Positions 25,125 to 43,952 of a DNA stretch of 64,000 bases are shown in pieces (position 1 is the stretch's first letter; each line of letters begins with the position of its first letter). This DNA comes from the human T2T-CHM13v2.0 reference genome, Homo sapiens. Where the stretch lies: the NCBI RefSeq assembly GCF_009914755.1, contig NC_060933.1. One strand, written 5' to 3'. The translations under genes and the position numbers were made by a program. Below the pieces are notes generated by a model. The model was not told where the DNA came from. It did no database searches and saw only the letters and a program-made list of their open reading frames with translations.

Positions 25125-27495
25125 CTGTAATAAAAGTTAACTCTGTGTTAATTATGGTGTTAAGAGTTTCTTCTGAAAATAAGAAATAGGTCATACCCCA
25201 AATTTTAACTTAAGCTCCAAACTTTCACAGAACTCCAGATTCACATATCCAACTGTTTACTCAACATCTCTACTTAGCTATCAAATAGGCATCTCAAACT
25301 TAACCAGGTCCCACACTTAACTTCTCCCATCCCCAAACTGTTCCTCCCCATGTCCCCCATCTCAGTAAATGACACTCTTATTCCCCCAGTTATGAAAGAC
25401 AGAAACCTTGACTCCTCAGCAGAGCCTGTTAATTCTATCTTAAGAATATACCCTGAATCCAACTGGTTCTCATCACCAGCCTTGTCCAAGCCTCTATCAT
25501 ATTTTCACCTCAACTACCACAACAGCACCTACTAGCCTCCCTGCTTCCACTTGTGCCCTCCTATGCAAATGAAAAGTCTATTCTCCACACTTCAAGGCAG
25601 AGTACACTGATTCTTTTAAGATATGTCACTCTGCTCAAAGTTTCATAATTCTTAGAGAAAAAGCCAGTCTTTTCTCCCTCACTTACTCTACTACAGCCAC
25701 AGTGGCTCCATTCCTAGGAGTCCAATTCAGTCAAGCCTGCTTGTGCCTCAAGGCCTCTGTACTTCATGATTCCTCTACCTGAAATGCTCTTCTCCTAAAT
25801 ACTGCTTGACCTGTATCTTCATTTCATTTATGTTTGTCTTCAAAGATCACTTCCTCAGAGAGGCCTAATTAAAATAGCAAGCCTTATCATTCTCTAGTTT
25901 TTACCCTGCTTAATTTTTCTTCTATAGACTTGTTCTCCTATAACATTAATATACCTCTTTGTTTATATATTTATTACCAGTCTCTAAAACTAAACATTTC
26001 ATGAGGGGAGGGACTCAATCTGCTCTGTTCACTGCTGTATCCTGGTCTTTAAAACAATGCCTTGCACATAAGAGGTACTACATAAGTAATTGTTGAATAC
26101 ATGTACTTTTTATGCATATACATCTGCACAAGATACCACTGCCCAAAATTTAAAAGATTATTGGCATGATATGAGGCATAGAGAACTGGAACATGAGAGA
26201 AACTCAGAATACAATGTGAGCACTTTAAAATGTCTTTACGTGCTAAAAGGCAAAAAGACACTGAAAAGTCATCTGAGAGATGCAGAATTCAATTAGGCAG
26301 CAAAGGAGTGAGCTGAAGCAAACTGGTTGCAATCTTATTGAAGATGCAATCCTTTACCTACCAAAATCAAGAGAAAAAGTAAGGTAAGTGAGTGGCTCTG
26401 GGACCTCTACTGACACAAAATGTTTAACTAAATATGTCCATCTATGGCTCAGGAAAAATCACCTGGAAGTGTGAACCCTCAGATAAGCAACCACATTACT
26501 GTATTAAATTGTCAACCTAGTGACTGCAGTTTGTTAAATTTGCTTCTCTTAGAAATGTCTTTTCGATCCCAGAAAAATGTAGTTAAATTTAGATATGATA
26601 AAGTAAGTTAAACCCAGAGTATAAATAAGTGAATGTGTCAACTTTTAAAAGTTCTGAAAACATTGCTACATTCCATACATTCTGTTGATCAGAGTTTGTA
26701 ATGTGTAAGATAATCTGGCTAACAGAGGTTTTAAAAAATTAGGTTTAGGATTCTAGTTAAAATGCATAATTGATTTGTGATTCTAGGTTGAAAAAAATTA
26801 CTTCTTAGAATCATAAATTTACCATATAAATACTTCGAAATAAAATTGAACACACAAAATGTATAAATACAATTTAAAATATTTAACAGAATTTAGCTAT
26901 GTTTGTAAATGGAATTGTTTCAGAAGAGTTCAACTTCAATTAATCCAAAGATAGTAAAAACAAAGGAGATTATTCTTATTTTACTAGATGCATAGTTTAA
27001 TAGAATTTTAAAACTGAATTTAAAGAATTAGGAAAAAAATATGTTTTTATATTTGAAACTCAAGAACCATACATTAATCTGGATTTTAAGTCACTGTAAC
27101 CAGTTCTTTCTGCACATAAAAATCACTCTTGGATGTTAAACTTTCACTGACAGAAAGTAATATATTTTCTTCTCTAGGGTCTTACATGCCAAAATAGTGA
27201 AAACATAACAGATGTATAATGAAATGAAGTAGCCTTTTTATGAACATAAACTTTTTTAAAGCCCATCAACAACAGAAATACAAACTATTCTCTCACCCTT
27301 AGATATACAAATTGTTAGCCCTTTTTAATAGTTGTAGAGAGAGTTTGTGTTGGTTTGTAATGTGAAAATCCCCTAACCCAACTCTAATTCCTCTTAGAAC
27401 TAACAATCTCATGTTTCTAACACATAAGACAGGCCATGTCCACTTGGACATCTCCAAAACTGCCATGGCAGCACATGCTCCTAAAAAATTCACTA

Positions 27496-27798
27496 TTTTC
27501 TTTTTTTTTTTTTGAGACAGAGTCTCGTTATATCGCTCAGGCTGGAGAGTGCGGTGGCCCAATGTCGACTCACTGCAACTTCTGCCTCCTGGTTTCCAGC
27601 AATTCTTCTGCCTCAGCCTTCTGAGTAGCTGGGATTACAGGCACATGCCACCAAGCCCAGCTGATTTTTTTGTATTTTAGTAGAGATGGGGTTTCACCAT
27701 GTTGCCCAGGCTGGTCTCGAACCTCTGAGCTCAAGCAATCCACCCGCCTCAGCCTCCCAAAGTGCCAGGATTACAAGCATGAGCCACCGCACCCAGTC
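27496..27798 (-). repeat. Alu (J-like)
   Basis: Full dimer with CTCAAGCAATCC variant. Confidence 0.85.
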
Positions 27799-28719
27799 TA
27801 AAATATTCACTTCTATCCCATCATCAGAAAGCCCTCCCTTCCAATACCCTACTTGTAATTTCCAAGGCTAGAGATATTGCAGTCATAAATGACTGTGAAC
27901 TTTGGTTTTATCCCCAACTTAATCAACCACCAACTTCAGGTGTTTCTTCCTTTAGAAGTGTCTCTGGCTTTATTTTTCTTCTTCATCCCTGCTATCTTCA
28001 CCCTAACCAGATTCTCAACTGACATCTACTAAAACGCAATGGCCTCCAGCTGATCTGCCCTGCTGTCAGAACTTTCTTCCCTTCAATTCACCATCCATTT
28101 CAATGTTTTTCTTTGTTTTCCTCAATGTATCACATTCATCAAGTCACTCTCCCATTAAAAAATGGAAAGCTTCCCATTGCCTATCACATGCAGTTCAACT
28201 TCTTCTATCTAACTTTCAACACCTTCCATAAATTGGTCCCAGGCTACCTAGTCAACAGACCTTCCATTCTAGTCAGCTCCTCAGTCTTAGGTACATACGG
28301 CCACGTTCATTACTGACTCCATATGTTTGCTTCTAACAGGAATTAACTTTTTTCCTCCGTACTCTTTCCCAAATTATACCTATCTTCCAACTTTACTATA
28401 AAGTCTTTGAGGTCAGGAATTTGGTCTTGTATATTCTTTCTATAGCAATAAAGGAAGAGGACATGCTAGGCACTCCGTACTTGTTAATCAAGGGGCTTAA
28501 TCTGCTTAGTACACGGAACAAAGATGTCAGCAATCAGAATTTTAAAGAGTCTACACAATCAATAGAGAACACAATCAAAGAGTGTAAGTTATGTTGGGGG
28601 CAGGGGTGTTCTGAAAACCCCCCAAAATTTTGGTTGTTTCACTCTTCTGTCAATAGGCTAACAGAAAGCCAACATTCACTGGATTATCTATAATTTGTTA
28701 GACAGTCCTTAACTTCTGT

Positions 28720-30510
28720 CTTTATTCTGAAATAATTTTAAACTTACATAAAGCTGCAAGAATGAAAATAATTTTTTCCTTGAATCACTTTATAGTAAAT
28801 TGCTGACTAGTTTATTACTCTAGTATACTTCCTACAAGCAAAGACAATATTCTTAAAATAATTACAATACAACTATCAAGATCAGGAAATTAACACTCAT
28901 ACATTACTATCTCTACCTGATCTAAAAAATCCATTCAAATCTTCTCAATTGTCTCAATAATTGTTTGGACTTATCAGAAAATCCCCTTACATGACATGTT
29001 CTCCATTGACTGTGCAGGCTCTTTAAAATTCTGACTGCCAACACCGTCACTGTTCTTACAGATAATGCAATTATGCCTATTAATGAAGAATTGCATTTAG
29101 TTGGCATATCTCTTTATTCTTCCTCAATCTGGAACAATCTTAAAGCTGTTCTTTAACATTCATGATCTTGACATTTCTGAAGGTATAATGCCAATAATGA
29201 GGGAGAACAGCCCCTCAGTTTGGGTTTATCTTCTGTTTCCTCATATGAATTTAATCAATAAATTACATTCAAGTTATGCACCTTTGGCAGGAATATCACA
29301 AAAGTAATGCTGTGTTCTTATTGCAGCCTATCAAGTAACATAATTTCAGTTTGCCCCATTATCAATAATGTTAATTTAGACCCCTTGACTAAGGTGGCGT
29401 CTGCCAGATTTCTCTACTACAAAGATACTCTTTCTCTCTTTGTAACAAATTAAATACTTTGAGGATAAGTATTTTAAAATTAGTATTAGCATCCTCTTTT
29501 TTTTTTAATTTTCTTTTTTTGATTCAGATGGGAGTCTCACTATGTCACCCAGGATGGCTGGAGTACAGTGGGCAGCACAATCATAGCTCATTGCAGGCTC
29601 CACATCCTGGGCTCAAGCGATCCTCCTGCTTCAGCCTCCTGAACAGGTGGGACTATTGGGCTTTTTTTTTTTTTTTTTTTTTTTTTTTTGGAGGGATGGG
29701 GTCTCATTATGTTGCCCAGGTTGATCTCAAACTCTTGGCCTCAAGCAGTCCTCCCACCTCAGCCTCCCAAAGTGTTGGGATTACAGGTGTGAGCCACTGT
29801 GCCCAGACTAATGTTAGCATCCTTTGATGTTCCTTAGCTGAATTAAATATTACTATGATGATTCTCAAATGGTAATTTTTCTAATTCTATCATTCAGCAA
29901 ATTATTGCATCAAAAAGCTTTCTTTTCTACCCATTTATTAATTCACTTATTTATATCAGTTTGCACTCATGGATTTTCATTTTATTCAGGTGACTATCAT
30001 CTATTACTATCATTATTTACTTTGAAGTTCAAACTGCCCAGGCAGGAGTCCTTGCAAGCTGACTCTGTGTCCTTTGAAATATGTTCCCATCATTCTTTCA
30101 GCACTTCTTTACTTTCTGGCACAATAATATGTTCCAAGCTCATCTTATACTTTCTCTCCTCCCGCCCTAGAATTGGCCACTGCTCTGAGCTCTGGGTCCT
30201 TTCAGTGCATAACTGTATTTAGAAAATAAGACCTAGCTTCTAAGTGTGCTAATTACTAAGGAGTGGCAATGTTTCCAGGTCCTCTCAGTGGACATAGCTA
30301 GAGAATATGTACACACAAACACGCATGCACACATCCACATTTACATCTATATCTATTTCTAGGTCTATCAATACATTTTAAAAACCATGAGTTCACACCA
30401 GTACCTCCAATTCCATTCTACCACCACAAACTTTTCTTCCTTTTCACATAGGTAACTCCCTTTTCCGGCAGTGAGAATCCTGTGTCCCTTTATCATCAAC
30501 ATATGTACTC
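28720..30510 (-). repeat. Old L1 (L1M) fragments with an AluJ at about 29497-29808
   Basis: Degraded antisense L1 3'-end motifs and an Alu with an internal poly(T). Confidence 0.55.
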
Positions 30511-31196
30511 ACAGGCATACCTTACTTTATTGCACTTTGCTTTACTGCACTTCACATATATTGTGTTTTCTTATAAATAGAAGGTTTTAGCAACCCCGAG
30601 ACAAGCAACTCTATCAGTGCCATTTTTCTTTTTTCTGAAAAATCTTTATTGCTTCTGCTGATTACACAACAAATGTAAAAATTCAAATATTACACTTCTT
30701 TAAAAAAAAAGTACATTATAACATGTCATTAAATAAATGCCCATTTCAAAAAAATTCAAGTATCATAAAATACATGATTTAGAAAATGAGTCCTCTGTAA
30801 TCCAGTCCCACCCCCATGTCCCCCAGGATTACTGCTGTTCAGATCAGCGTTTCCTTCCAGATTGTCTCTGCGCACTCACCACCTGCACTGCTGACATGAG
30901 CTCCATATTATCTGAGATGATAGTAACTCTGATAAACGGAGCAGGAGCAGGGTTCAGCTGCCAGTGCACTGAACAGCTTCCAGTTTCTACACAGAAACAC
31001 TTTCTTCATAAAAGCTTGAAACTACAACATCCTTTTGCACTATGTAAATGTATCAAGTTGAATCATGAAATTAACGATCGCTCACCATTTTTGGCCTAGA
31101 AAAACGGCAGTTTCATGTGGTTCGACATAATAGCTATGGCCCTATTCATAGACATTGGGAGGTTTCCTACTTTTTGCCATTATAAACAATTCAGCA

Positions 31197-31498
<302 letters not shown>

Positions 31499-31769
31499 TC
31501 AGCAGTGAATGTCCTTTTATGTTCTTTATGGAGTACAAACATCTTACCCCCAAAGCATGACACCTCTCTTTTGGGCATTTAGAACAGTCAAGAAGGATGG
31601 AGCTGCCCATTTGCCATGGAAATGGAGAGCCAGCAGACAGCTGATGCATAAACAACTTGTCCCTCAAACAAGAGTGGCTAACTTCAGCCATGACACCGTT
31701 TTAGTATGGTGACCACACCACATGAGCAAACCAAATACTGGTAAAACCAGAGAACAGAAGAATTCCTCA

Positions 31770-32201
<432 letters not shown>

Positions 32202-33127
32202 TCAGATTTGCCGGAAATATTTTTTAAGGTTTTTTCCAGGAGCTACTGGAGTGACCAAAAAAAAAAAAGGCACCTGTTAAAATTATGCCCACGACAGGCC
32301 TCGAACAAAGACGAGAATATGGTGTGTATATGTCACTGGCGCTTTCACACAGGCCACTTCCTCTTCAACCTTGTCTGGGGTTTGTAGATTCTGTTCAGGT
32401 CATAGCTGGTTTTGTGGGTGGTTTTCTTATGGCAGACAACACTAATTTTAGGTTCTCTGAGGTAGAAAGCAGGCCATAAAAATATTCCCAGTCCACTTCT
32501 CTTCCATCTTGTTCTTTAACTGCTTCCACCAGTGTAGGAATGATGGTGCGTTTTTGTTTCCACTATGTGATCCAGGTTCCAGGTCCTGAAGAGGAGCCTG
32601 CTCTCCCTGTTACTGTAGGGGTTGATGGAGTATCTTGACAAGCAGCCGTCCATGTCGAAGGGACCCTGGCAGGAGAACTAGCCTTCCGGTGTGCAGAGAC
32701 GGCTGCCACCCTTGGCTCCTCTGTTGTATAGCTGCCGTCGTACTGCACAGACTGGAGCTTCTGGCACATGGAGCGGAGGACCCGCAGGAATTCCTCCTGA
32801 GCCTCTGCACCCACCATGGAGGAGCAGGAGCTCACCTCTCTCAGGTAACTCCGGATCCGGCTTTCACAGCTGTATCTCAGATAGCCAGACTTATTCCAAA
32901 ATCGGGACTCCAAGCCTTCAAACCACAGCGGGTCCTCAGCCCGGGTGTCGGCTGCGACGTTCTGGCTGACGTTGTACAGGAGGTCGGCCAGCAGTCTCTG
33001 CCTCTGTGGGGGCCTGCTCATCACACAGTAGCTGCCGGGCGGCCTGGATGAGCCACGCGTGCGGCTGGCGAAAAGCACTGAGGAAGCACCCGATGTCACT
33101 CACATAGCCCTGCCAGGCCTGGCGTGA

Positions 33128-33809
<682 letters not shown>

Positions 33810-34107
33810 TCAAACTTTGTCACTATTGTTATATTAATATTGGTTATGGTAATCTGCACTCAGTGATTTTTGATGTTACTACTACAAATTTTAGGGGCAA
33901 CACAAATCACACCCATATAAGATAGTGAATTTAATAAGTAAATGTTGTGTGTTGTGACTGTTCCACCAACTGGCCATTCCCCACCTCTCTCCCTCTCCTT
34001 GGACTGTCCTATTCCCTGAGACACAACAATACTGAAATTAGGCCAATTTAATAACACTACAATGACCTCTAACTGTTCAAATAAAAGAAAGAGCTGCATG
34101 TTTCTCA

Positions 34108-34272
<165 letters not shown>

Positions 34273-34533
34273 CTAGGCAAAGAAAATGGAAAATCTTCTG
34301 GGAAAGAATTTACTATCCTATATGCCATTAAGAAGATTTGTGATTAACAGGAGGTGGTCAAAGTATCAACATGAACAAGAGTTTGGAAGAAGTTGATTTC
34401 AACTCTCGTGGATGACTTTGAGGGGTTCAGGAATTCGGTGCAGGAAGGAACTCGATGTAGTGGATATAGCAAAAGAACTAGAATTAGAAGTGGAGCCTGA
34501 CCATGTGACTGAACTGCCTCCATCACATGATAA

Positions 34534-35175
<642 letters not shown>

Positions 35176-35376
35176 TGATCCACCTGCCTTGGCCTCCCAA
35201 AGTGGTAGGATTACAGGCGTGGGACACCGCGCCCCGCCTGCTATCTTATATTAAGAAATTGCCACAGCCACTCCAGCCTGCAACAACCATCACCCTGATC
35301 AGTCAGCAGTTATCAACATGGAAGCAAGACCTTCCACTAGCAAAAAGATCATACATAGTCACTAAGGCTCAAATGA

Positions 35377-36008
<632 letters not shown>

Positions 36009-37046
36009 GCAATAAAGTATTTTTAAATTAAAGCATATACATCGTTCTTTTACACATACTGCTATTACACACTTATACCACAGCACAGTGTAAACATAAC
36101 TTTTATATGCACTAGGAAGCCAAAAAATTTGTGTAACTCGTTTTGGTGGTCTAGAACCAAAGAATACTTTTGGAACTGCATTGTTCTACAACCAATTCTG
36201 AAATATCTCTGAGGTATGCCTGTATTTGGCCAATCTCCCTATATATAACCCATCTCCTGTCACCACAACCACATCCCAGCATTAATACCTGCCTCACCTC
36301 ATTCAGGTTCTGACATCTCGCTCTGAGTTACCACTTGCCTCACTGCCTCATACCATCCTTCTTCCAGATGTCCTCCTCCCTCTGCTCAGGTACCAATATC
36401 CTATACTAGGCTGTTGCCACTGTTGCTCCCCAAACAGATGTGCTCACCCTCCTCCCCTGCAACCCACTGAGGATCTAACACCCCTCTCTTGGTATACGAA
36501 TGCCCTCCTCACTCTTTTGTGCTCCAACACTTCAGGCTACGCAGTCACCACTGCTCCCTCTGCCACGCCACTTCCCAAAATGCATGCCCTTCTCATTCTG
36601 CCTGGGATCCAACACCCTGCACCAGACCAAGCCTTTAAAATACCACAACTGGCTCAGTTCCATCAGCCCATGCAAGATCTGTATCAGTGAAAAAGTGCAG
36701 GCATCTGGACATCCTGAGTTCTAAATAAATAAAAATTGTGAAGAATCAGATAAAATGAAGGGAACAGAAATTGGGTGATGACAAAGATATGCTTTGTCTA
36801 TTTTGAATTTTTACCTTATACGAGATACAGGTTTTTAAAAAGGAGCAGAATTGTTTTCTCCCTTCCTATTCATGACCTCAAATTTACCCTAGTATTATTA
36901 GGTCACTACATTCTTATCACTTAAATACTAATTTCTATGAGGAAATCCATTTCAAGTTGTAAACTAGTGACAATATTTTTTAAAAACTATACCCAATTAT
37001 GTAACTTTCATTAAACCTTTTACCTAAGAGAATTCAAAGTACTTCA

Positions 37047-37316
<270 letters not shown>

Positions 37317-38841
37317 TCAATGATGTAACAATGCCATGACTATTTTACAAAACTCTAAATGGCACATATTTTCTTATAGTCTGTAGGTAACCTCATCTAC
37401 TCAAATATTCTTAGTAAATGCAGAGTCTGCTAGAAGATACCTACAAAGTCCAGACCAAAATGCTTAAGCAGTATTTTGCAAGACTATAACAAGGCATTTA
37501 TAGATTTTTTAAAGACTTCCAAAAATATCCTTATTATAAGTTTGTTAAAGATAAAATATAGCAAAATAATGAAAGAATAATTTTAATGTATTTAACCAGA
37601 GTAATCAAACCTACAGAATTTTTCAGGTATAGTCATCTCCCTTATTTATTGATCAATGACACTCACATCATTTTAGGTATAAGGCAGACAACCTTGACAA
37701 CGCCAATGCTGGAAAAAGGACGTTTTACATACTAAGATGGGGTGTCCCAAACTCACTCCAAAATGCCCTCTGCAACACTATTTTAAAAAAGAACTAAAAA
37801 TGGAACTTTCCCATGTCTTCCAACTTGATTAAAAAACACCTATCCATTCAAGGAAGGGACAATCCAGAATCTAAGAATTATAACAGATATGATTATAAAA
37901 GAATAAATTAAAGTAAGGTAAGGTGAACTTCGACACATTATTATTTATTTACTTCCTTATATCACTTGCTGATGGATGGGATGTCAACTTTAAATCAGTG
38001 ACTGCCAATATTCCGATAATGTCAGGGATACAAAGGGTGGGAGAAGAGTTGAATTTTACCACCATAAATAAGTATCCAATATCACTTTCTCAGAAAAATT
38101 TTCAACAATTCTATTGCACTAGACTTTGTAGCACAGTAAGAATCAGATACATGTTGATTACAATATGAACTCATATTCAATTCCTAGCTCCCTGACCACC
38201 AGCAAATCACTGAAGCTTTGTAGGCCTCAGTTTCTTCACATTTAAAATGAGGATTAGGAATATCTACCTTACAGGAATAAAGAAATGAAGTAACACATGT
38301 AAAACCCCCAGTAGAGTGCCAAGCACACAGCAAGCACCCGTGTGTTACGTAGTATTGTTACTACTATTATCCTGTCATCAGTAAGTGTTGCAGGTAACTG
38401 AAAGCAATTCTGAGATGTTTATCATCCATAACAGTCCTCAAGAAAATACCCAGAGGCCTTGAAAATAAAGTTCTTGAATGAGTGATTTTCTTCAAAGCCC
38501 AAAATGCGATTTTTTTAATGAAACACTGTGTTAAAAGTACAGAACGGTAGTTTAGAAAGGTAGCTCTTGAATGTGACTCACAAGGCATACCAACAGGACC
38601 CTGTCTTTTACGGGGATCACATGGGGCTGTACTATCAGCTAGGGGCTGGCTGTGCCCTCTGGTGGTTGGATACTGTGTTACTTGGTCTCTAGAACCTCAC
38701 ACTTAAAAGTCAGACAAGTGTCCTCAAATACTTAAATCACAGAATTTTAATTCTAGCGAGTCCTTGGTTATTATTCTGAGGGAAGATTTCTACAGTCAAA
38801 AGAGAACCAAACGTGCAGCGTCCTGGAAAACCTAAGTATTA

Positions 38842-39530
<689 letters not shown>

Positions 39531-40757
39531 TCGTAGTTGTGGGGCCTGAGGAAAGTGACAGATTAGACGAAAGTATGCTAAATTAGAGGACTGGAGGTTT
39601 TGCTAAGGAAGAACTTGTATGCTGGGAGGAGGAAGGATAAGCATAAATGTTTCAGTGAATATGCTGGCCAGATTCAAAATTATTTGCTTGCCTCTCCCAC
39701 CTTGGAATGACCTAGAGAGTGTATGAAAATAGTTACATCCCAGTTCAAATCCCAGCTATGCCAGTAACTGCTGAAGTGCCCTGGGCAGCTGTCTCATCTG
39801 TCCCTCCATCTGTACAGGAATAGTGAAAAGAGTAGCTTAATATCTAGCAAAATTGCATAGATGAATTCATGCTTTCACCCAAAAATACGTGTGGTGAAAA
39901 TATGAAAGAGCATGCACGACTATTCAGCACGATTCATAATACCAAAATATTGGAAATTACCCCCAAATTCCTAAATAAAGGACTGCTTGAATAAATTGTA
40001 GTACAACAGTCAAAAGACAGCATTACAACGAATTAGTTTAAAAATCTTAATTGACTCTTATTCGTGATTCTAGAATCAAAAAACACCTCATTCTATAAAG
40101 TAGAATGAGTGTTCTGATCAGCTGAGCAGAGGCGGTTGGTTTTATTGGCAAATAGGGGCTGAAGAAAGCAGAAACCGAACAAAAAGTGGACTCATCGTTT
40201 CAAAGTTACTTTTAGGGTTAAAGCAGAAGAAACTTCCTTGTTTCACTGACTCAGACTTAAGGGAATTTCCTATTTTTTGGGAAACTGGCCCATTTCAAAG
40301 TTCAGTTTGATTGTGTGGTACTTAGCACAAACGACTCCATTCTGGTTTGGTCTGGTCTGCTGGGGCCTAGTGCGTGAAGCTAGTCCAAAACAGTGGCTTC
40401 CCAAAAACTTTCACACAACAAAGCAATGAAATGCTAATACAATCGTCAAAAGTAATAAGGAAGAACTCTATATACATCTGTGGTGTGATCTCCAGAATAC
40501 ATTACAAAGTGGAAAAAAAAATGGATAGGAATTTATACAGTATGCTTTTACCCAAAAAGAGAAAGATGGTGGTAATTTCAATATATATACATATTTTCTT
40601 AAATTTTCAAAATAATGGGAATGAAAACAATTGAGGTTTTTAAAGATGCTACCTATGGTGGAGGAAATAAATAGAGGAGACAGGGATAGAATCTAGACAT
40701 CTCTGGAAACATCTTACTTCATAAATTTGACTTTAGAACCAAGTAAATATTTCATAT

Positions 40758-41134
40758 TGTGAAATTAAATTTAGCTTAAAGATGTCTCCGTATTTTGAGT
40801 CCTTATATAATGAACTGCAACCCAACTTAGTATGCAATTTAACTCACAGCCTAACTTAGGAATATACTTCTGTAACAAATAACTGAGTCTCAGCCAATCA
40901 TCACAGGTGGTCAACTGATCAGCCCATGTTCAAATAAGGCAAAGGCCAACCTGTAGCCAATCAAGCTGTTTCTGTATCTCATTTCTGTTTTTTTTCTATG
41001 CGTGCTGCCTGGCCTCTTTGTGGAACGATACTTTCTGAACCTCCTCTGGTTCTGAGGGCTGCCTGATTCTCAAATTGGTCATTGCTCAATTAATTTCTGC
41101 TAAATTTAATTTTTCTAAAGTTTTAATTTTAACA
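40758..41134 (+). mobile_element. Solo ERV1 LTR, MER57-like
   Basis: TG...CA ends, 4-bp TSD ATAT, core GTTCAAATAAGGCAAA..CCAATC..GCTGTTTCTGTA. Confidence 0.75.
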
Positions 41135-41256
41135 ATATCATTACAAAACAAAATTAAATTTACAAAAAGCAGTCCATAAAAATCAAGTAAAAACCAGTAG
41201 CTCTTAATTGGTCCACTTGGTGGCATAATCTCAAAGGTACACATCATTCTAAATAC

Positions 41257-41596
41257 AATAGCCCTTGTAACAACGCTAGGGTTAGTAGTGCCAATCCCCT
41301 CCACTTGGCACAATCAAACATCCACATATAACTTTGGACTCTCCAAAAACTTAATAGCCTACTCTTGACCAGAAGTTTTACTGATAACATACAGTCAATT
41401 AACACACATTTTGTATATGTATTATATGCTATATTATTACAATAAAGTAAGCCAGAGAAAATAAACTGTTATTAAGAAAATCATAAGGAGGCAAAGAGAG
41501 GGGTTGGTCTTGCTGTCTTGGGGTGCCAGAGGCAGAAGAAAATCCACGTATGATGGACCCTCGAAGTTCAACCTGTTTTTTTCAAGGATCAACTAT
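41257..41596 (+). mobile_element. Tigger2-type MITE
   Basis: Degraded TIRs (..GCCCTTGTAACAAC / TTCAAGGATCAACT) and a typical internal AT-rich body. Confidence 0.55.
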
Positions 41597-41681
41597 AACT
41601 TTAAACCATTGAATTATTGTAAATCCACTGAGAGACAACCCGCAAAAACAAACAAAAAAAAAACAACTTAAAAAAAATCTT

Positions 41682-41981
<300 letters not shown>

Positions 41982-42848
41982 TTAAACTGTTTTAAATAAT
42001 CATATTGAGGATAGTGGTGTTGATCATGGTATTGTTAATCTGACACTGAAAATAACTGTTTACGTGAGTGTTGTAAAAACTGATCTTTTTTGGTATGGGG
42101 AGACATGTATATAAATTGTATGTGTTTAAGTAAAAATCCTATAGTCAAATTGTGAACAGGAAGAATCAGTATGAACTCATATTGTATTTTATCTTTAAAA
42201 ATGTATATAATTTTGTCTTAGCTCTACCTGTTGATAATGGCCTAAAAGAAATTGGCAAACCAATAATCATGAGCATCTTTTGTTCTTAGGTTGTGATCTC
42301 TCATGTACATTTTCCACTGAAAGGAACTAGGACTGCTTGAAGCAGCAGTTCTCAAAAGTTTTGCTTCCAAGACTTCTTCAAATTCTTAAAAATTGTTGGA
42401 GATCCCAAAGAGCTTTTGTTTATGTGGGTTAATCTATTGATGTTTACTGCATTAGAAATTAAACATTTTAAAGTAACAATGTACTCATTAAAAAATTAGT
42501 GAGAAGAGTGCCATTGTTTTACATTTTTGTAAATGTCTTTAATGTCTTGCTTCATAAATGACAGCAGAATTGTTATAACTGCTTCTGCATTCAATCATAA
42601 TGTAACACATCGTATAGCCTCTGAAAATCCCCATGTATATTTGTGAGAGAATGAGACTTTATAAGGGTAAAATAAAAAGGGCAAACAGTCAGTCATCTGT
42701 ATCTGTGGGTTCCACAATTACATATTCAGCCAACCACAGATAGAAACTATTCAGGAAAAAAAACAATAAAAAGTAATATGAATTTTAAACAATACAGCCT
42801 AACAACTATTGACAGAGTATTGACATTGTATTAGGTATTATAAGTAAT

Positions 42849-43434
42849 TGTAACTGAAACACAGGTTTAGTCACTCAACACTTGCAGAGTCCAGTTAACA
42901 AGAGCGAGGTCTGGTATAAAGAAAGTGACTTTGTATTCCAAAGCTAGCTTAGGGGAAGAAGTATGGGCTTCCAGCCTCAAAGGTACTGCTCCACTTTTGG
43001 AGCAGAAAGTGGGTACTTTCGAAAGGCAGGGGAGACAGCAAGTGGGTAGGAAGTCCACATGCTAGCTTGGCACCTTATCTACTAGGCAGTCAAGTTGGCA
43101 TCTTCATGGGCAGAAATAAGTTATTAAAATGGCCAAAAACTTTCCCGGTGGGAAAGAGTTTCTCATCATGTATACTTTGGGTTGTAAATCGACTGTTACC
43201 TCTTGAGGCAATCTCCTGGTGGGTGAGAGTTTGTTCTGGAGCTTCTGAGTACAAAGTTAGATGAACTTGCCCTGTAGGGAGTGTCTGGTGAAGGGGAGGT
43301 AAAGGTTATAATTGCATTTCAAACGGGCTAGTAGGAAGTGGAGAATAGCAAGAAACAGAAGAGAAAAGAAGAAAACTAATAAAAAATAATAACTCATTCT
43401 CTTTTTCTTAGAAAAATGGGGATACTCAGTTACA
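42849..43434 (-). mobile_element. Solo ERV1 LTR, MER31-like
   Basis: TGTAACTG...CAGTTACA inverted termini; near-TSD TAAT/TAAC. Confidence 0.65.
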
Positions 43435-43511
43435 TAACCTAGAGATGATTTAAAGTATATGTGAGGATGTGCATAGGTTATATGCAAATACTACCCCATT
43501 TTATATGAGGG

Positions 43512-43952
43512 TGCTAAACCAAACTAAAATCTGGCCCGAGAAAGTCTCCATACTTGCATACTGGAGTTCTTACTTAGGAATTGCAACCTAACTTAATAGA
43601 TAAGCAAACTGAAAAATCTAATGGAGACATACTTCTGTAACAATAGCTGCATCTCAGTCAATCACTGCAGCCATACTTCAGCCACTCACAGGTGGCCAAC
43701 TGTCCAAACCAGGTCTAAATAAGGCAAACGCCAAGCTGTAACCAATCTGGCTGTTTCTGTACCTCACTTCTGTTGTGTTTTTTTTTTTTTTTTGTATTTC
43801 AGTTTCCTTTTTCTATTCTTAAAATCTCTCCAACTGTGCAGAAATAACTCTCTGAATTTGCTGTGATTCTGAGGGCCCAATTTGCGAATTGCTTTTTCCT
43901 TGATCAATTAAACTTTGTTAAATTTAATTTGTCTACAGTTTTTCTTTTATCA
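43512..43952 (+). mobile_element. Solo ERV1 LTR, MER57-like
   Basis: TG...CA ends, TSD AGGG; homologous to 40758-41134. Confidence 0.75.

Noticed and set aside
32563-33099. 178-aa ORF as a functional DFFB-like nuclease
   Set aside because: Only the central 90-95 aa or so are in the DFFB frame. The CIDE-N domain is broken and the catalytic C-terminus is out of frame.
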